Shown here: positions 36,721-50,469 of the stretch, piece by piece | Numbering within the stretch: the first letter of the stretch is position 1 | Layout: every line of letters starts with the position of its first letter | Notes under the pieces: model-generated | Told to the model about the DNA's origin: nothing | What the model saw: the letters and a program-made list of their open reading frames with translations, nothing else | Database searches by the model: none | Source: Dipteris shenzhenensis | Taxonomy: Eukaryota | Assembly (NCBI GenBank): GCA_047967505.1 | Contig: CM106538.1 | Strand: one strand, 5' to 3' | DNA length: 64,000 bases | Made by a program: the position numbers and the translations under genes

Positions 36721-39299
36721 GAGAAACGTTCTTTCTGCCGGAGGAGAGTCTTCGACCTCTGGTCCGGACAAAGCCCTCTTTCCACAGTCGAAGACTCGTG
36801 TGGACCTTGGACGTCGACGCTTAGTTTCCCGAATTTCATCGCGATTGGCGTCGAGAACCCGTCCAAAGGCTCTGAAAGCTCTCTTAGGAACGACTGACTG
36901 CGCTTTTGCCTCCGACGAGAAGAGCTACATGCACCATGAAAGCACGAAAGGTTCTTATTCCATGCACCATGAAAGTTTCTCAGATTTGCTTTTGTGCCTT
37001 TACGGTGTCTTCACACACGTCCTCCCACCAGATGATCTTTTGTGCCTTTAGCGTGGCTTCACACACGTCCTCCCACCAAGGCGTTCCAATTGACTATGAA
37101 CGATATTTAATTGGTTACCGATTGTGAGGTGGTCTGGCACCATACAGGTTCCTAGTAGGTGACAAAATGGTTACCAATTGTGAGGTGGTTTGGCGCGATC
37201 CACGGTTCCAACTAGGCGATTTTGTCACGCGCGACATTGGTCCAAGTCCCCCAACACACCTCGCGTGCACTGGTTGGGATGCTGGACATTGAGCCTTGGA
37301 CAAGTGTCCGTGGGCAAACGTGAAATACCGCCACCAATCCGACCTAATGTGTTAGATCTTGCTTTTTTGCTTCACCAAGGGTGGAGCCTTAGAGGTAGTT
37401 GAATTTCCACTAGTAATATTTAAATAATAATAATTAAGTTGTGTTTCAAATTGCCATTTATGGAGAAAAATTACCTTTTAATAGCCCAACACCCTTTAAA
37501 AGATCATTTACTTTCTCTTTTACATCCAAAAGCATTTGCTTTGCTACTATAGTAGGAGGCAATGCCAACACGCACTTATGCTATCTTGTCTAAATGTGGT
37601 GTGGGTACAGACCCCCCGAGTCATGTGTACCATTAAGTTGTGCTAAAAAAGATAGCAATTAAAATTGACAATAGTTGATTATGACGAGTTTAGTTTGTGT
37701 GAGCTATGTTATGATATTTTATTTGGTTTTCATGACCTAATTGTTACATGTGGATATCAAACACTTAAGAAGTGTCTTTTATGATTGAAAGAGATTGTTA
37801 AGTTTAAGATCATGAAATGTATAGAACAATTGGTGTACTTTTACTTAGGATTTATAGGACATACTTCTCTTACTCCATGGCTAATTGTGCACAACCTTGA
37901 TAGGTTGGTTCCATTGCTAAAAACGTGGTGCCAACCAATTATGTAAAAGTGGCTTGTAATTTTGTCTTTATAATTGGCCATTACCTCCTCAAGAGGAGGA
38001 GTAAATTTCATGGATAATAGAGTACAAGAGTAGTTCTAGGGATAAATTAAGTTGGAGAATGTCTTATCGGTGATTGACAAGAATAGATAACTTAATCCTT
38101 CATATCATCAAGTATTTAGGATGGATAATAGGGTACAAGAGTAGTTCTAGGGCTGAATTAAGTTGAAGAATGTCTTATAGGGCCAAAAGTGATTGATAAG
38201 AATGGACAATTTTTAATCCTTCCTATGCATGACATCGACTATTTAGGATGGAATGCAATTCTAGGATGCATGGATAAAAGCATAGCAACACTATAGTTTG
38301 CCTCCACAATTACCTAATATATTAACTAGAATTGCGGCAGGCAGCCCTTCCATCATGGAGCATGTAACTACTAACTCAAAAATTGAGCCTCAATCCTAGC
38401 ATTTTGTCAAATTTTTAAAGGGAAAAAGAAAATGAGTAAAAATGTGAACATGAGACAAGGCACAGGGTCTGTTAGGACCTACTCCTCCTTGCAAATGTCA
38501 AGGGTGGTGATTTACTATTAACGTGCAAAGATGTTTATATTGTTTGTGCATTTTAGGAGTTGAAGCCCAACAAATACATGAATAAGGTGACACTCGAGCT
38601 CATAATTATCCTCATTATAGTCTATACGATATTGTCACATGGACTACAATCGTATGAATAAAGGTCTTGATATCTTTCAATCTTGCATCCAGCTTGACTT
38701 TCCTTGCTCCCTCGCATCGAGAACATGCATCAAAAGAGATGAATATTGTAAGAATTCGGATTAAAGACAAGCAATTTTGAATGGACGAGCAATTGAAAAT
38801 ATTTGTATGATAATGTATATTATATAATTATTATAACCACACAAAGTGTGGGCAGGGAGGCAGCGCGTTTCCTTTCCCAAAAAGTTATAATCCGAGGGAA
38901 CAAGCCCTTTCCCGTGCGTCGAGAATATAAATGCCAAGAATATAAGCACCGTGAATAAGTCTCGTGAATAGATAAGATACTGGCATATTACTTGGATGTC
39001 AATAGCCGTAAATTATAATCGTATTTCTGCATATTGGTTGTATAACGACTCCCATGTTAGCTTGCGTCCACAAATAGAAAACAAGCAAAGCATATGAGGG
39101 TGCTAAAATTCAAATTTAGCAAAGGACTTGCAAAACTTAGCTTTTATCAATACTTTAGATTTAAGTTCTTATGTGGATCATTGGATTCAAAGCCAAAACT
39201 TGGACAATATGTTTCCTATTAAACTAAAAAATGGCCTTGCTAGAAGGAACCCGTTTAGGGACAATTTATTGTTGACTTTTGGAGTTGTTGACACTTGAT

Positions 39300-42200
39300 C
39301 TTGTGGCATATTTTAGGATAGGAACGTAATCCATGATATGATGGTGATGGGCCTTGATGGCCACAAAATCAATAGTGACCACATGGTGCAGCATCTTTTC
39401 TTGCTCCTTCAATACTGTCTAATCGAAAAACTCTGTCTTCAAGTATTCTCATCGAGAATATTTTTTTGAAGGGAGCCATTGTAATTTGTGTCCAAGTTGA
39501 CTTCTCTGGTACTGCTTTATGGCACTTTGTATTTAGTGCGAATGTTCCCGAATGTACTATAGAGATTGGCAGGGGTCAAACTTCAAAAGGCCTTTGAGCA
39601 AGTTCCATTTCTCAAAAGAATAAACCGATCCTATAAATCTAGGAAACTACTCACATCCCTGAGAATGTTCTCATTCAAGAACTACTTTGGAGTCCCAGAG
39701 GTGGGATTAACTTTCGACATTGGTTAGATTCATAAGAGCTACCTTCCATGAATTAAAAGATGGTTCTCACTTCTCTCAAATTATACACTAGCCTTTAAGC
39801 TCCCTTTAAGAAGATATATTTACCCTTGAATGTAAGTGGTAGTTAAAAATTTATATGAAAGTATCTTAGAACCATGCAGAATTACAAGAAGTGCACCTTG
39901 GTGAGTTGGGAAAGCTCTGGAAGGCAATCTTGAGATTAAATTGTTATGGATCCTCTTGCACGCATTCAATCATAAGCTAAACCATTTGCCTCCTAGACAA
40001 AGAGCTTTTTATTCTCCACAATTGCTTTTTAATCTGATGAGCGGATGCTTACATTTCTGTAGGATTGGTCAAGCTAAACACAATAGACGAAACTGATTTA
40101 GTCAGATCTTGCTGAAGCCCAAATTTCTATAAAAGACCCGGAAGACATGAAAGTTGAAGAAACAGTTTTAAATTTACAATTCTGGCTCCTCCTACTTGTT
40201 CGTAAGCTTGATCACATGTTGTTGCCTCTGACACTATGTCATGTGTGTCGTGATCTTCTTTCAATAGTTGCTCGAATTTAGTGGCCTCTAGGGCCTTATT
40301 TTTCTTAGCCATTCCACCATCGAATCTCTCACTCTCTGGAATAGGCCCCATGATAATTGGAGTTGGATTGAACTTTTGGGCAAGTGAAGATCTTTCCAAA
40401 AACAAAGAGGCCAATCAAATCGGTACAGTTACTGAAGTTGTAGTGGGCATCATAATTGCCAACCGGGACTAGAGTTGAGCAGATCCGGTCGCTTGAAATC
40501 CTAGGCCACAATGAAGCTGGTAGGGGGAGTGGCCATTGCTTGAGTCCCAAAAGAACTGAGCTTCTTAAGCGTTGGGAGGAAGAGAGAATTGGTGGGAGAG
40601 AGGATAGAATGAATTGGTAGGCTTTCTCTTATGCAACGAGTGTTTGGATCCCTCGGGCATGAGGCTCTACAAACAGTGCTCCTCTATGCTGGGAACAATC
40701 ATGATGCTAGCGTGTTCTCTTGAAAGCCCTAGGAACGAGCTTTCCCAAGTTTTAGCAGCCACCCAACGTTCCAACTAGCTCCAAATGAGATGTGGTGGAG
40801 AAGGTATGTCCTGCCAATGATGCAACACTGGATCTCGATACATTGTTTTCCTGTAAGTTCAACATGGTGTCAGAGCTGTTTCTGATGCCTCTATGTTGAT
40901 TTACTCTTGCAAGACTTTCTGAAGTGTCAATCCTTCCAGCAGAATCATGTTTGTTCCTTACTATTGGACCTTTGTTCATTGCTACAGGCTCGTACATGGT
41001 GACCATCTTCTTTCGAGTATTATAACTAATCCTTTGCACAGGACTAGTGTAAAATCAAGGGGATGGAGCACTTCCCTTACTCGTACAGCTATGGAATTTC
41101 AACTATTTCAACTTCTATGAGTGCTGAATCTTCTCAATGTAGAGACTCTACATCAGCAGTCCAGGGTCCATTCTCTGGGTCCTATTCTTCGCAGCTTCTG
41201 AACACTAAAACAACAAAATTGCTAACAAATTAGATGCTACAATGATTCGGCAAGCACCATAATGAGTGGCCTAATGAAACTCTTGCAAACTTCAATTATA
41301 TAACACAATGGTCTGATTTTTGGTTTGTCTCAGCCTTCAAAGTATAGTTAGTTGGATGGAACTGCCATCCTTCCTATATTTATTTGCAATATTGCTTGCT
41401 AGATCCGATCAAGTGAACATTTGGATGCACATTCTGGTGCTCTTCTTTCCTCTCTCCCTTCCCCGTTTGCAATATTCTTGCTATATTGTTTGCAAGAAAT
41501 TTTATCTTATTTATCTCAACTGAATATCCTGAGCTTCGTGAGACTGTCAGGCCGAGTGGAGTCGTGAGTGGTGGCTCCAACGAAAGCAAAGAGCATAAAT
41601 TGACAAGCACAAAACCAAGTTCTATTGCGTCAAAAACTTCTCAAAAGAGGGAAGCTTAAACCATACCACTGACTCTTCCTCCCGTACCACATGGTATAAG
41701 AATAAGAATCCCGCAGCCACAATGGTGCACTCCCAACTTGAGACCAGCCAATTTGACTATATGGAAAGGAAAAGCATCTACGAAGATTCAAATGCAAATT
41801 TTTATACTCCTCTTTTTCTTTCGAGCTTGAAATAGGAACTTACAAATCGGATACACAAACATAGACATCACAGTAGCCATCACAAACCAAAGATTCTGCC
41901 AACACTCTTAATCCTTATGCTTGATATCCATCCTTGTTTGGGCTATAAAGGATACAGTTCATGCAGTGGTAGTGCAATGCTTGGTCAAGAGGGTGGCCAA
42001 GTGATGCAATAAATATGCAGGTGTGATATGCATTCCGTAGCGAGTAGCCTCCTCTTATTATTATTTTAGCATTGTGTTGAAGAACGAATGGATGATTACC
42101 TTTTGCCTACGGCGGATGGGGATGTAGGACTGGCCCAAAAGAGCCTCACAATTCACCAACTTCTAACTCCACTCTTGTTTAGAGTTCCAACTTTTTGAGC

Positions 42201-42300
42201 TCATGGCGGAATCCAGATCATGGATTGGCATGGTTGGGGTCCCAGCATCGACAACTTCAATCTGCATTGTTGTTGTTGCTACGCCTTGCACCTGCATCAT
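39300..42300 (-). mobile_element. Decayed L1-type LINE remnant (ORF1 plus the start of the ORF2 endonuclease)
   Basis: Faint APE motifs in order (SYRNV ~40060, CVQE ~39960, DRF ~39625), preceded by ORF1-like fragments. Heavily mutated. Confidence 0.45.
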
Positions 42301-45300
42301 AGAAACAAGGCCAAACAAGATCAATCAAGCAAATCCAGCAATCCAATAGGAGCCCGCATGAGGGAAATTCTCTACCGTGATATCGTGCTAGAATCAATAG
42401 AGTGAAGTAGTGTTTAGAGAGATTGTTGCGTTAGCTTTTTGATAAGCTTTTTGATAAGATTTAGGGTGTTCACATGTCCAATATCATATTAGGGTGGATC
42501 TATGCTAACAAATGTTGCCAAAATATGGCGATTCCCACCTCTATCTCAATAATATCATCGCTATGAATACATCATTCACTTAGGCAATATTCATTGTTAG
42601 TCTTTACATTTACTTCCATGATGTCAACATGCAATCAGAGCTTAATCTCTTCCATCTTGCTCAAGCATATGAACCTAAGCTGGGTCCCTTGTTTGATCAT
42701 ACTTGATGTGATTTTTGCCATGTGCTTTTTGCGCATTCAAAGATACAAGCAAAACTAATCCTTTGAGAATGTGTTGCTACTTTGTGCATGTTGTACCTTA
42801 TAGCTTAAATGAAATTTACTTGTGTGATCCTTATTTATTTGGACAGACCACTATGACTAGTGCTACTTCATTAGCTAATGAGGTCTCTCATAGGACTACT
42901 GGAAGAAAACTTAGCTTCAAATATTTGGACAATGAGTAGTGCTACTTCATTAGCTAATGAGGCCTCTCATAGGATCACTGGAGGAAAACTTAGCTTCAAC
43001 TATAAAAAGGGATTCCTTATTAGCCATTCATGACTCATGGCAATGTTCGAAATGCTAGAAAGGTTTGCAAATGACTTGTGTCAAAAGAGCAAGGTCAACT
43101 TTCCACCTAGTCCAACTAAATGCTGTCCATGACTTACTCACTAGATAAAAGAATAAAATATGCCAAAGGATCCATGGGATGAGTTAGAAAGCTACTAAGA
43201 CTCTTAAATACTCAAGTCACTACCCAATCACTAGAGAGCATAAAGGATTCTCTTAGAAACATGTGTAAATAGTTGTAATTCCATGCTTGGATGAGACCTT
43301 ATCGTCCATATGCTACTATCAGGAATGTAGTGTGAGCCTTCTCTAATTATTTGATTCAACTTTTGTTCTAGCTAATCGAAAAAAATTGCACAATGAGTTC
43401 CCTAAAAGACATGCAATTTTTTAAAATTTAAAATGTTTAATGTAATGGAAAACCCTTTTTTGTAATAGTGAAGAAATATAAGGCTTACACTTAGGCGGGT
43501 AATTTTGTTTTTCAAATAATAAAGGTTGAAAGGATCTCGATTATGAAAACCACATTCTTCCCATAGTAACGATAATGTGGGAAACTTTTTATGATTTATC
43601 TGATCTTCAAACATGATGAAGGATCTAAAAAAGACATAACCTATAATTCTTATCTCAAATTAGATGCATATCATTAATGCTCAATTTACGTAAAATTTTA
43701 TGAAGTGTATTGTTCAAGTGCTGGGTCACCTAAATGGATGCAAAGAGAAGTTTTCTTTTGAGAACATTGATCCTTTTGGGTGGGGAAGTAATGATTTAGT
43801 TGGAAACAAAGAAATAGGGTCCATAGAGTCCCCAAGGAGTCTCCCTCATTTTTTCTTTTTCTTTTTTCTTTTGTCGTCTTTAAGTTACCCCCTTTCCCTT
43901 CTCCCCCCCCCCTCACCCATTACATCACCCCCTATTACCTCTTCATTTTATCCCCTTTCCTTTTTTCCACCCTACCCCCTCATTCTTTTTTTCCACACTG
44001 CTCTCCTTTATTAATTTTATTCACACCACTTTCCTTTATTAATTTTATTTTTTAATCTTTCTCACCATACACACCCCGCCCCTATCCCTTTCCTTAGTCA
44101 CCTTACTCCTCTTTTTTTCTTTTTTTCTCTCTTTTCTGTCACAATTCCTCTTGTGTGGCATCAACATTTTACTCAACAACATATTTTCTTTGAACTTGTG
44201 GGCGATCACATTCATCATGTACATTGCACATATCAAACAAACTAATTCTTGAGTAAATAGTGTCTAAACTTATGGACACAATACACCATACCAAGAGCTT
44301 CACGCTCACTTGTGTTCTAGTTGCACTTGGGTTGAGTCATCAATCTGTTTGACTAATAAAGAGGGTAATCTAAATTCCCATTTGGCTAAGCCGATATGAT
44401 ACCAATGGAATAACCAAAAGTATCAACATGAACATGAAAAATAATATCCCACCTCGGCTTCGTGTGAATGGGTGTCTCAGCTACTTTGGTGCTTTAAGGC
44501 ATGGAAGGCAACAGATGAGTCAAAAGTCCATTTGGGGGAGAGAGAGGGGGGGGGAAGAGAGAGAGAGAGAGAGAGAGAGAGTACAAGACATGGGCCACTT
44601 TTTGACACTAATACCAATGCTAAATACAAAGGATTTTTTTCAAACAAGTCGAAAGCGTCGGAATGTCCTCAGGGTGCGCATCGCAATGGATGCAACCATA
44701 TCAGCGTCGATGTAGGCTTCAGTAATTGAGTTTTTTTTGTGTCGGTATTAGCGTTGGTATATACCAGCACTATAATTGTTGGTATATAACGACGCTTTTA
44801 TCGAATATTAAAATTATTTTTGTGGGGTAGGATGGGGCTTGTTCCAGCCCCATTCTACCGCACAATTTGGCTTTTAATTAGAATTATAGTATAACATGTT
44901 ACAAATGGAGGTAATACATCAAAATCATGTTACAATGTTACAAAAGAGGACTAAAAAATGATTTACACTACAAAATGGCAAAAGTTCCAAAGTTCAAAAT
45001 GGCAAATCTGCTGAAGTATTGCACTACAAAATGGGAACATTTTTTCGGAGGCCTATTTTAGGAGAGCTTTTTCAAGCGAGGTGAGCTTTTAGGGGCCATT
45101 GTCACCATTGTGGCAAGCTTTTAGGCCATTTCCACCATTCTGGTGAGCTTTTTCAGACAAGATGTTAAGGGCCGCTGTGGCCGATCGTTGGCATCTCACT
45201 GAAGCCTCAGCAAGGGTGTAGCAGTCTGTGATGGCTACCCTTGGCGAGGTCTTAGCATCAACTATGGGGGTCATCTCCTCACGTACCTTACCAATGGAGT

Positions 45301-45349
45301 AGTTGAAGCACTTGATGAGGCCTTCATAGTGCCTTAGCAATGCCTAGAT

Positions 45350-48340
45350 TAACACAAGCAATGTGAATGTTTTCCTCGTGCCTGCATTGCCTGATAGAAA
45401 GAAGTGTAAGGGGGTTGGTGGCCTTAGATGTTTCTTTAGCAAAATGTCCTCTACTATTGCAGGTTGATCCGAATTCAATGTTCAAATTGACAAAGGAAGC
45501 TCAACTTTTGGGTCGAATTCTTGGGTTTTGCTATGGTCATTGAAATTTTGAGTTTTGATGTCATTGTAATGGAAATGAAAGTTGTTGCATTAAATGCCAT
45601 TAGTTTGTTGAATAGAGCTCTAAACGCATCTATTGATTCTTTATTGTATTCATAGAGATTGTGCCATGTTGTTATGTTTTCATCAAGAGAAATCTCGTTA
45701 TTAGAGAAAGGAATATAGAGCAAACACAATTCTCTATAGTGTTTATGGAGATCCTTGTTCTTATTATAGTTATTGAAATGGATTATTTGTTCGCGTTTTC
45801 TTGTGGCATTTTTGTTGCTACCGTAGTTACTAACAAATGACGCTAATCAGACATTTTGCATGCTTGCATTTCATTGTAAGTACTTTGTGATTACATCTAA
45901 AAAGAAGATGTCATTACTCTCATGGTCTAACCTTTGCAACTCTTCTCTTCATTTAAGGAGCAAGGTCCTCTCATCTCAGCAAGGCTGGTGTTAATGTAGT
46001 ACTGGAGGTTAGCAGCAAGGATAAGCATAAGTATACAGCTTGTTGATCGCTTATATGTTGTGTGTTGAGTATTGCATTGCCAACTTTGCGTATTCATTCA
46101 TTTATAGGTCTATTTGTTTGCATGCACTCAGTGAATGCTTTCGAATTGCTTCAATAGTGTTTTTGTCCATCTCAGTCATGTACGATATGCAATATGATGC
46201 CGGTCCATGTGGATTCAACATGAATTGAAGGTCAGTATTAGCCTCCCATAACTTCAATATTGTTGGGTTGAAGTTGTTAGTGAAGACATCCTTTGGTTCA
46301 TGTTTTAGGAACATTGTAAGTTGGCTAATACTTGAGTGTAATGCGAAAGTATATTGTTCTTCACTGAGTTTAAGTTCAATGGGGTACTCATCAAATGTTA
46401 GTTCAAGTGTTGATGGCTTTTCTAAGAGCATGGTGATACTTTTCATTTGTCCTTTCAAAGTACTTTCGATGTCTTCTCTATTTACAGGAGTTAAGAGTCT
46501 TATAGTACAAATGGGTGGACGAGGGAATCCAAAATGGCATTTTTTGTCCCTTTGTTTGCAAGTTTTTCTATGCTTATGGGATTGGATGTTTGGGTTAGGA
46601 AGTTCAAGCTTTGACATGTCACAGCAAATGTATTTATCCACAAATTCTTCTAATTCTGTAGTCGTTTATGTACCATAAGTAGGTGACCCTTCGATCCAAA
46701 TTAACCCATGGTCATGTTGACTACCACGATTTTGAAACTTAGTGAGACAAAGAAAAAGTCCATCACTTTTCTTATGATAAGATGAATCTTGTGTAAGTAA
46801 TCGTTTAAAAGCTTGGAATCTATGCATGTAATATTGAGCTGATGTTAGCGGATCTTTGCAGATTAAGTTTCATGTTTTTGTAGCAGGGGAAGCATGGGTA
46901 TTGCCTATCGATTCTATTCTAAGGGCTTCCAAGCATTCAAGCAAAGGTTTCCATAGTCTTTCAGCTACTACTACTGAGAAAGTGATGAAGAAAGTTGGAG
47001 GGCCAAGTTTCCTTACCATGGCGAATAGATTTTTTTGTAGTTTCATCTTGTAGTCCGATGATGTGCCCATGGAAGCAAAGTCATGCTAGCCAATGTTTCA
47101 ACGAAGAAGATGTTCTACATCTGTGTTTTGTAGTGCATTGTTTTCTTTTAATGTTTGTCCACAAAATTGTGCTTTACGCATGCGAACCCAAGTTCAGGAT
47201 AAAACTTGGCACACTAATTCTTTCATGGTTTTGAAGAAAAGGTTTTCTATAGAGAATGCAAACTGGCAATCTTTTGTGAGTTCCCATTGTGTAATCTCTT
47301 GGTATGAAGTATAGCCTGGGATGTTATACATGCATGGGTGACCAAAGAAGAGCCGAGGGAATGCAAGTCCTTTGTAGTGCTTGTCCTTGAAGATGCTAAG
47401 AGGTGAAAAGCCTTCAGAAGGAGCCATAACTATTATTTCGTCTTCAAAGTCAATGACTTGTTGGCTACTGTAAATTCCATGTACTAGCGTGTCGGTCCCT
47501 ATGTTATCATTCCGATTGTTATATAATGTTGTTGTTGGTGAGTGCTCTTGCAATTGCTCTTTTTGGAGTGCGTCAATGTGCTGGGCCCATGCGTTGTTTA
47601 ACATAACACATTCCTGCTTGTATAATAGGGTAAGTAAAAGTTCATTCAATGCACGTGTTGTAAGAGTGGGCCTTACCAATCCGCTCATATAATAATGTGT
47701 GTATTGGAGTTTTCTCTTGATACCAACCATGGTAGTCGCACCGTTGGTAAGGAAGCTTGGGAGCACACGTTGAGCTTTGTCAATATCCCAAAACACGTTC
47801 AGAATGCTCCCCTTGAGACTGTATTGAATGTCAAAGCTTAATTCACATATTTGAGCAAAAGGGATTCGTATTGAAATAAGACGTGCTTCGATATCATTTG
47901 TTGTACTTGTGTACTTTATTTTCTTTGAAAGGGGCATGTTTTTATGGCAGAAGGTTGTTACTACTTTCTTCTTAATATGTTTGTAACAAATTGAGTACAA
48001 ACTTTTTTCTTTTGAAGGCACTTCACCTTCAATGATATGATTTTGAAGAAACAAGGTAGTCATCTATGGTGTTACCATTTTTAGCTTTGAGAGAAATGTT
48101 AAAGTGTTGCAACATTTGCAAGCATGTCGAGGAGAATCTTGTATTATTTTTAAATACATAGCGCAAGCATTATTGCAAATAAACTTTCTCTTTCTTGATT
48201 GTGTTTGTTCATGTGAATGTACCATTGTAGGTACCTTAGCAATGGAATTTTCTATTTGTATAGCATGCTCTATGGTAGCTATTGTATGTTGCATACTCAA
48301 TGTATTAAACCTTTGAACATTTTCATGGAATTTCAAGTAT
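45350..48340 (-). mobile_element. Rolling-circle transposon Rep-helicase remnant, Helentron/Helitron2 type
   Basis: IEARLISIRIPFAQI..QYSLKGSILNV; LAFPRLFFG; LFAMVRKLGPPTFFITFS; HUH motif FQNRGSQHDHGLIW (46740-46690); HKHRKTC..CHFGFPRPP; NNFNPTILKLWEANTDLQF..YCISYMT; Walker A LSGNAGTRKT (~45400-45367). Frameshifted, with the helicase truncated. Confidence 0.92.
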
Positions 48341-49708
48341 ACACAACATGTTTACATGGAATTTCAAGTAAAGGAGAAATTTGCATTGGAATAGTTGTTT
48401 CATCAAGCAAAATGGTGTAGAAGCCAATACTACCAAGGTAGCAAACATAAAGGGCTTTGTATGCATTTGTTGTTGTTAGACAAAATACTTTGAATGAGAA
48501 CCATAAAGGCTACGAAATCTTTGTCAAGAAACTATATAATAAAGATCTTGATGTCAAAAGGGTGCCTGCCATGTTTGCAACTTCTTTGGGATGAGCAATA
48601 TCATCTGTCCAATCGATGTTAGCATTATGAAGTACATTCCAAGGGCAATTTCTTGAGTTTGCACTTTCTTCAATGCCTTGTGTAAGGATTTGCAAGAATG
48701 ATGAGTATGAGTGTGAAGGAATTAGATCAACTAAGCATTTGATAATGTCTGTATTTTGAGGGTACCTTCATAGAAAACTCATGTTAGCATAAAGATCAAA
48801 TGCATCAAGATTTTCTAGAAGTTGTTTTTCAAAGGACAAGTCCATTTGCAATGACAAACAAATTGGATGTAACACTTGGTCAACAAAGATAGAAATGGAT
48901 CCCAAAGAACATTTGCTTATATTGTTAGGAATGCATTACATATCTCTTTTGAATTGTCAAACATTTGCTTCAAAGCCCATCACATGGCCTAAACTGTTCA
49001 TAGTGAAAGTGCCGCTAAGCTTGATGCAATGAAGCATCGAACAAACAAGAAGAATGCTCTCATTGTGAAGGTCCAAGAAAGGCACCTCCAATGATAGAAT
49101 GCTATCTACATGGGAGCCATGCAACTTGATAGTAACCTCATTAGCTCCACGTGACACTATTGTCCTTGTCAAGCTCGGAGTTTGGATAATGGGTTGCACA
49201 CCATCGCAGCTATGGCAATAAGGTTGGTGTGATGATGTCGATTTAGACTTGTGCTGGCGCAGGCTTCGCAAGAGTACTAGACAAGCTGTGAATTGAGGTT
49301 TGTTAATTGAAGCAATCCGCTCACTTGCAAAGCAAAATGAATAAACCACCCTACATCGGTGGGCACGGGGTCCACAGCTGTGGTCAACTAACACATGTCA
49401 CATACATGCACCCAACCACATGCTAGGACATGAGGCCCCAACCTCCAAGATTTGAAGCCATGACCTGGGTGGGGATTGGAAGCCCGATGCCCAAATGACT
49501 AGGCCAAAGCCTTAGAGGCAGCTTTGCTCTCTCGGCCTATTTCCACATCATGAAGGTCCACGCACCTAGGTTCAGGATAACGATAGGCGGAGCGGTGCAC
49601 AAATAGATCCCTGGGTACCGCAATGGGCTGGATGGCCACCGGTGGCTTGGATGTGGATGTCAAGCACCTGAGTGGGTGGAAATAGGACTTCTAGAGACTT
49701 GTTTGTAT

Positions 49709-49746
<38 letters not shown>

Positions 49747-50318
49747 AGATTAAAAAGTCCCATCAATAATTGAGCCATACAATTAATTCCATCAATTGGA
49801 TAAAAAGTAAAAAAAGGAAAACACATAAGGAAAAAATGTTTGAGACATCTAAGTTGAAAAATGCAACAACTAGAGTTTGCAAAATTTTCAATCAAAATTA
49901 ATAATTTTTAATAATATTGAGTTTGATAAATATAATATTGAAAAAAGATGTCGAATCCTCACGTAGTCCAGGTCCGGAGGTCAAGGTCCACTTACCTACC
50001 ACCATCCAAACAAACTAGGTGTTAGAACATCATAGTTACGTTTGGGTAGACAGGTAATGCCTGTTTTTCCCAACTTGTTATCGCTTTACCTAGGAATATA
50101 GAAAACCATATGGATTCTTAGATAATTAATTTTTTTTGAAGCCACAAGTGAAGTTTAAGTCACAAGTGGAGAAGGAGAAAATGAGTAAATGGGTTGAGAA
50201 AGGATTAGAGGAGGTATGGGATGATTAGTGGGCTTGATGTGTGGGGTGGTTAAAAAGAGAGTGTAAAGGGGGGATTTCACAGGGGTACATGAATGAATAA
50301 TTCATAATTGGGGAAGTA

Positions 50319-50358
<40 letters not shown>

Positions 50359-50469
50359 AATAAGTGTTTGTGTGTGTGAGATACATTTACTAATCAAAAT
50401 TATTTTTTTTGTATGTGTGTGTGTGTGTGTTTTTTTTTTCTCAAAAGAGGAGAAATTATGGGATTTTTT

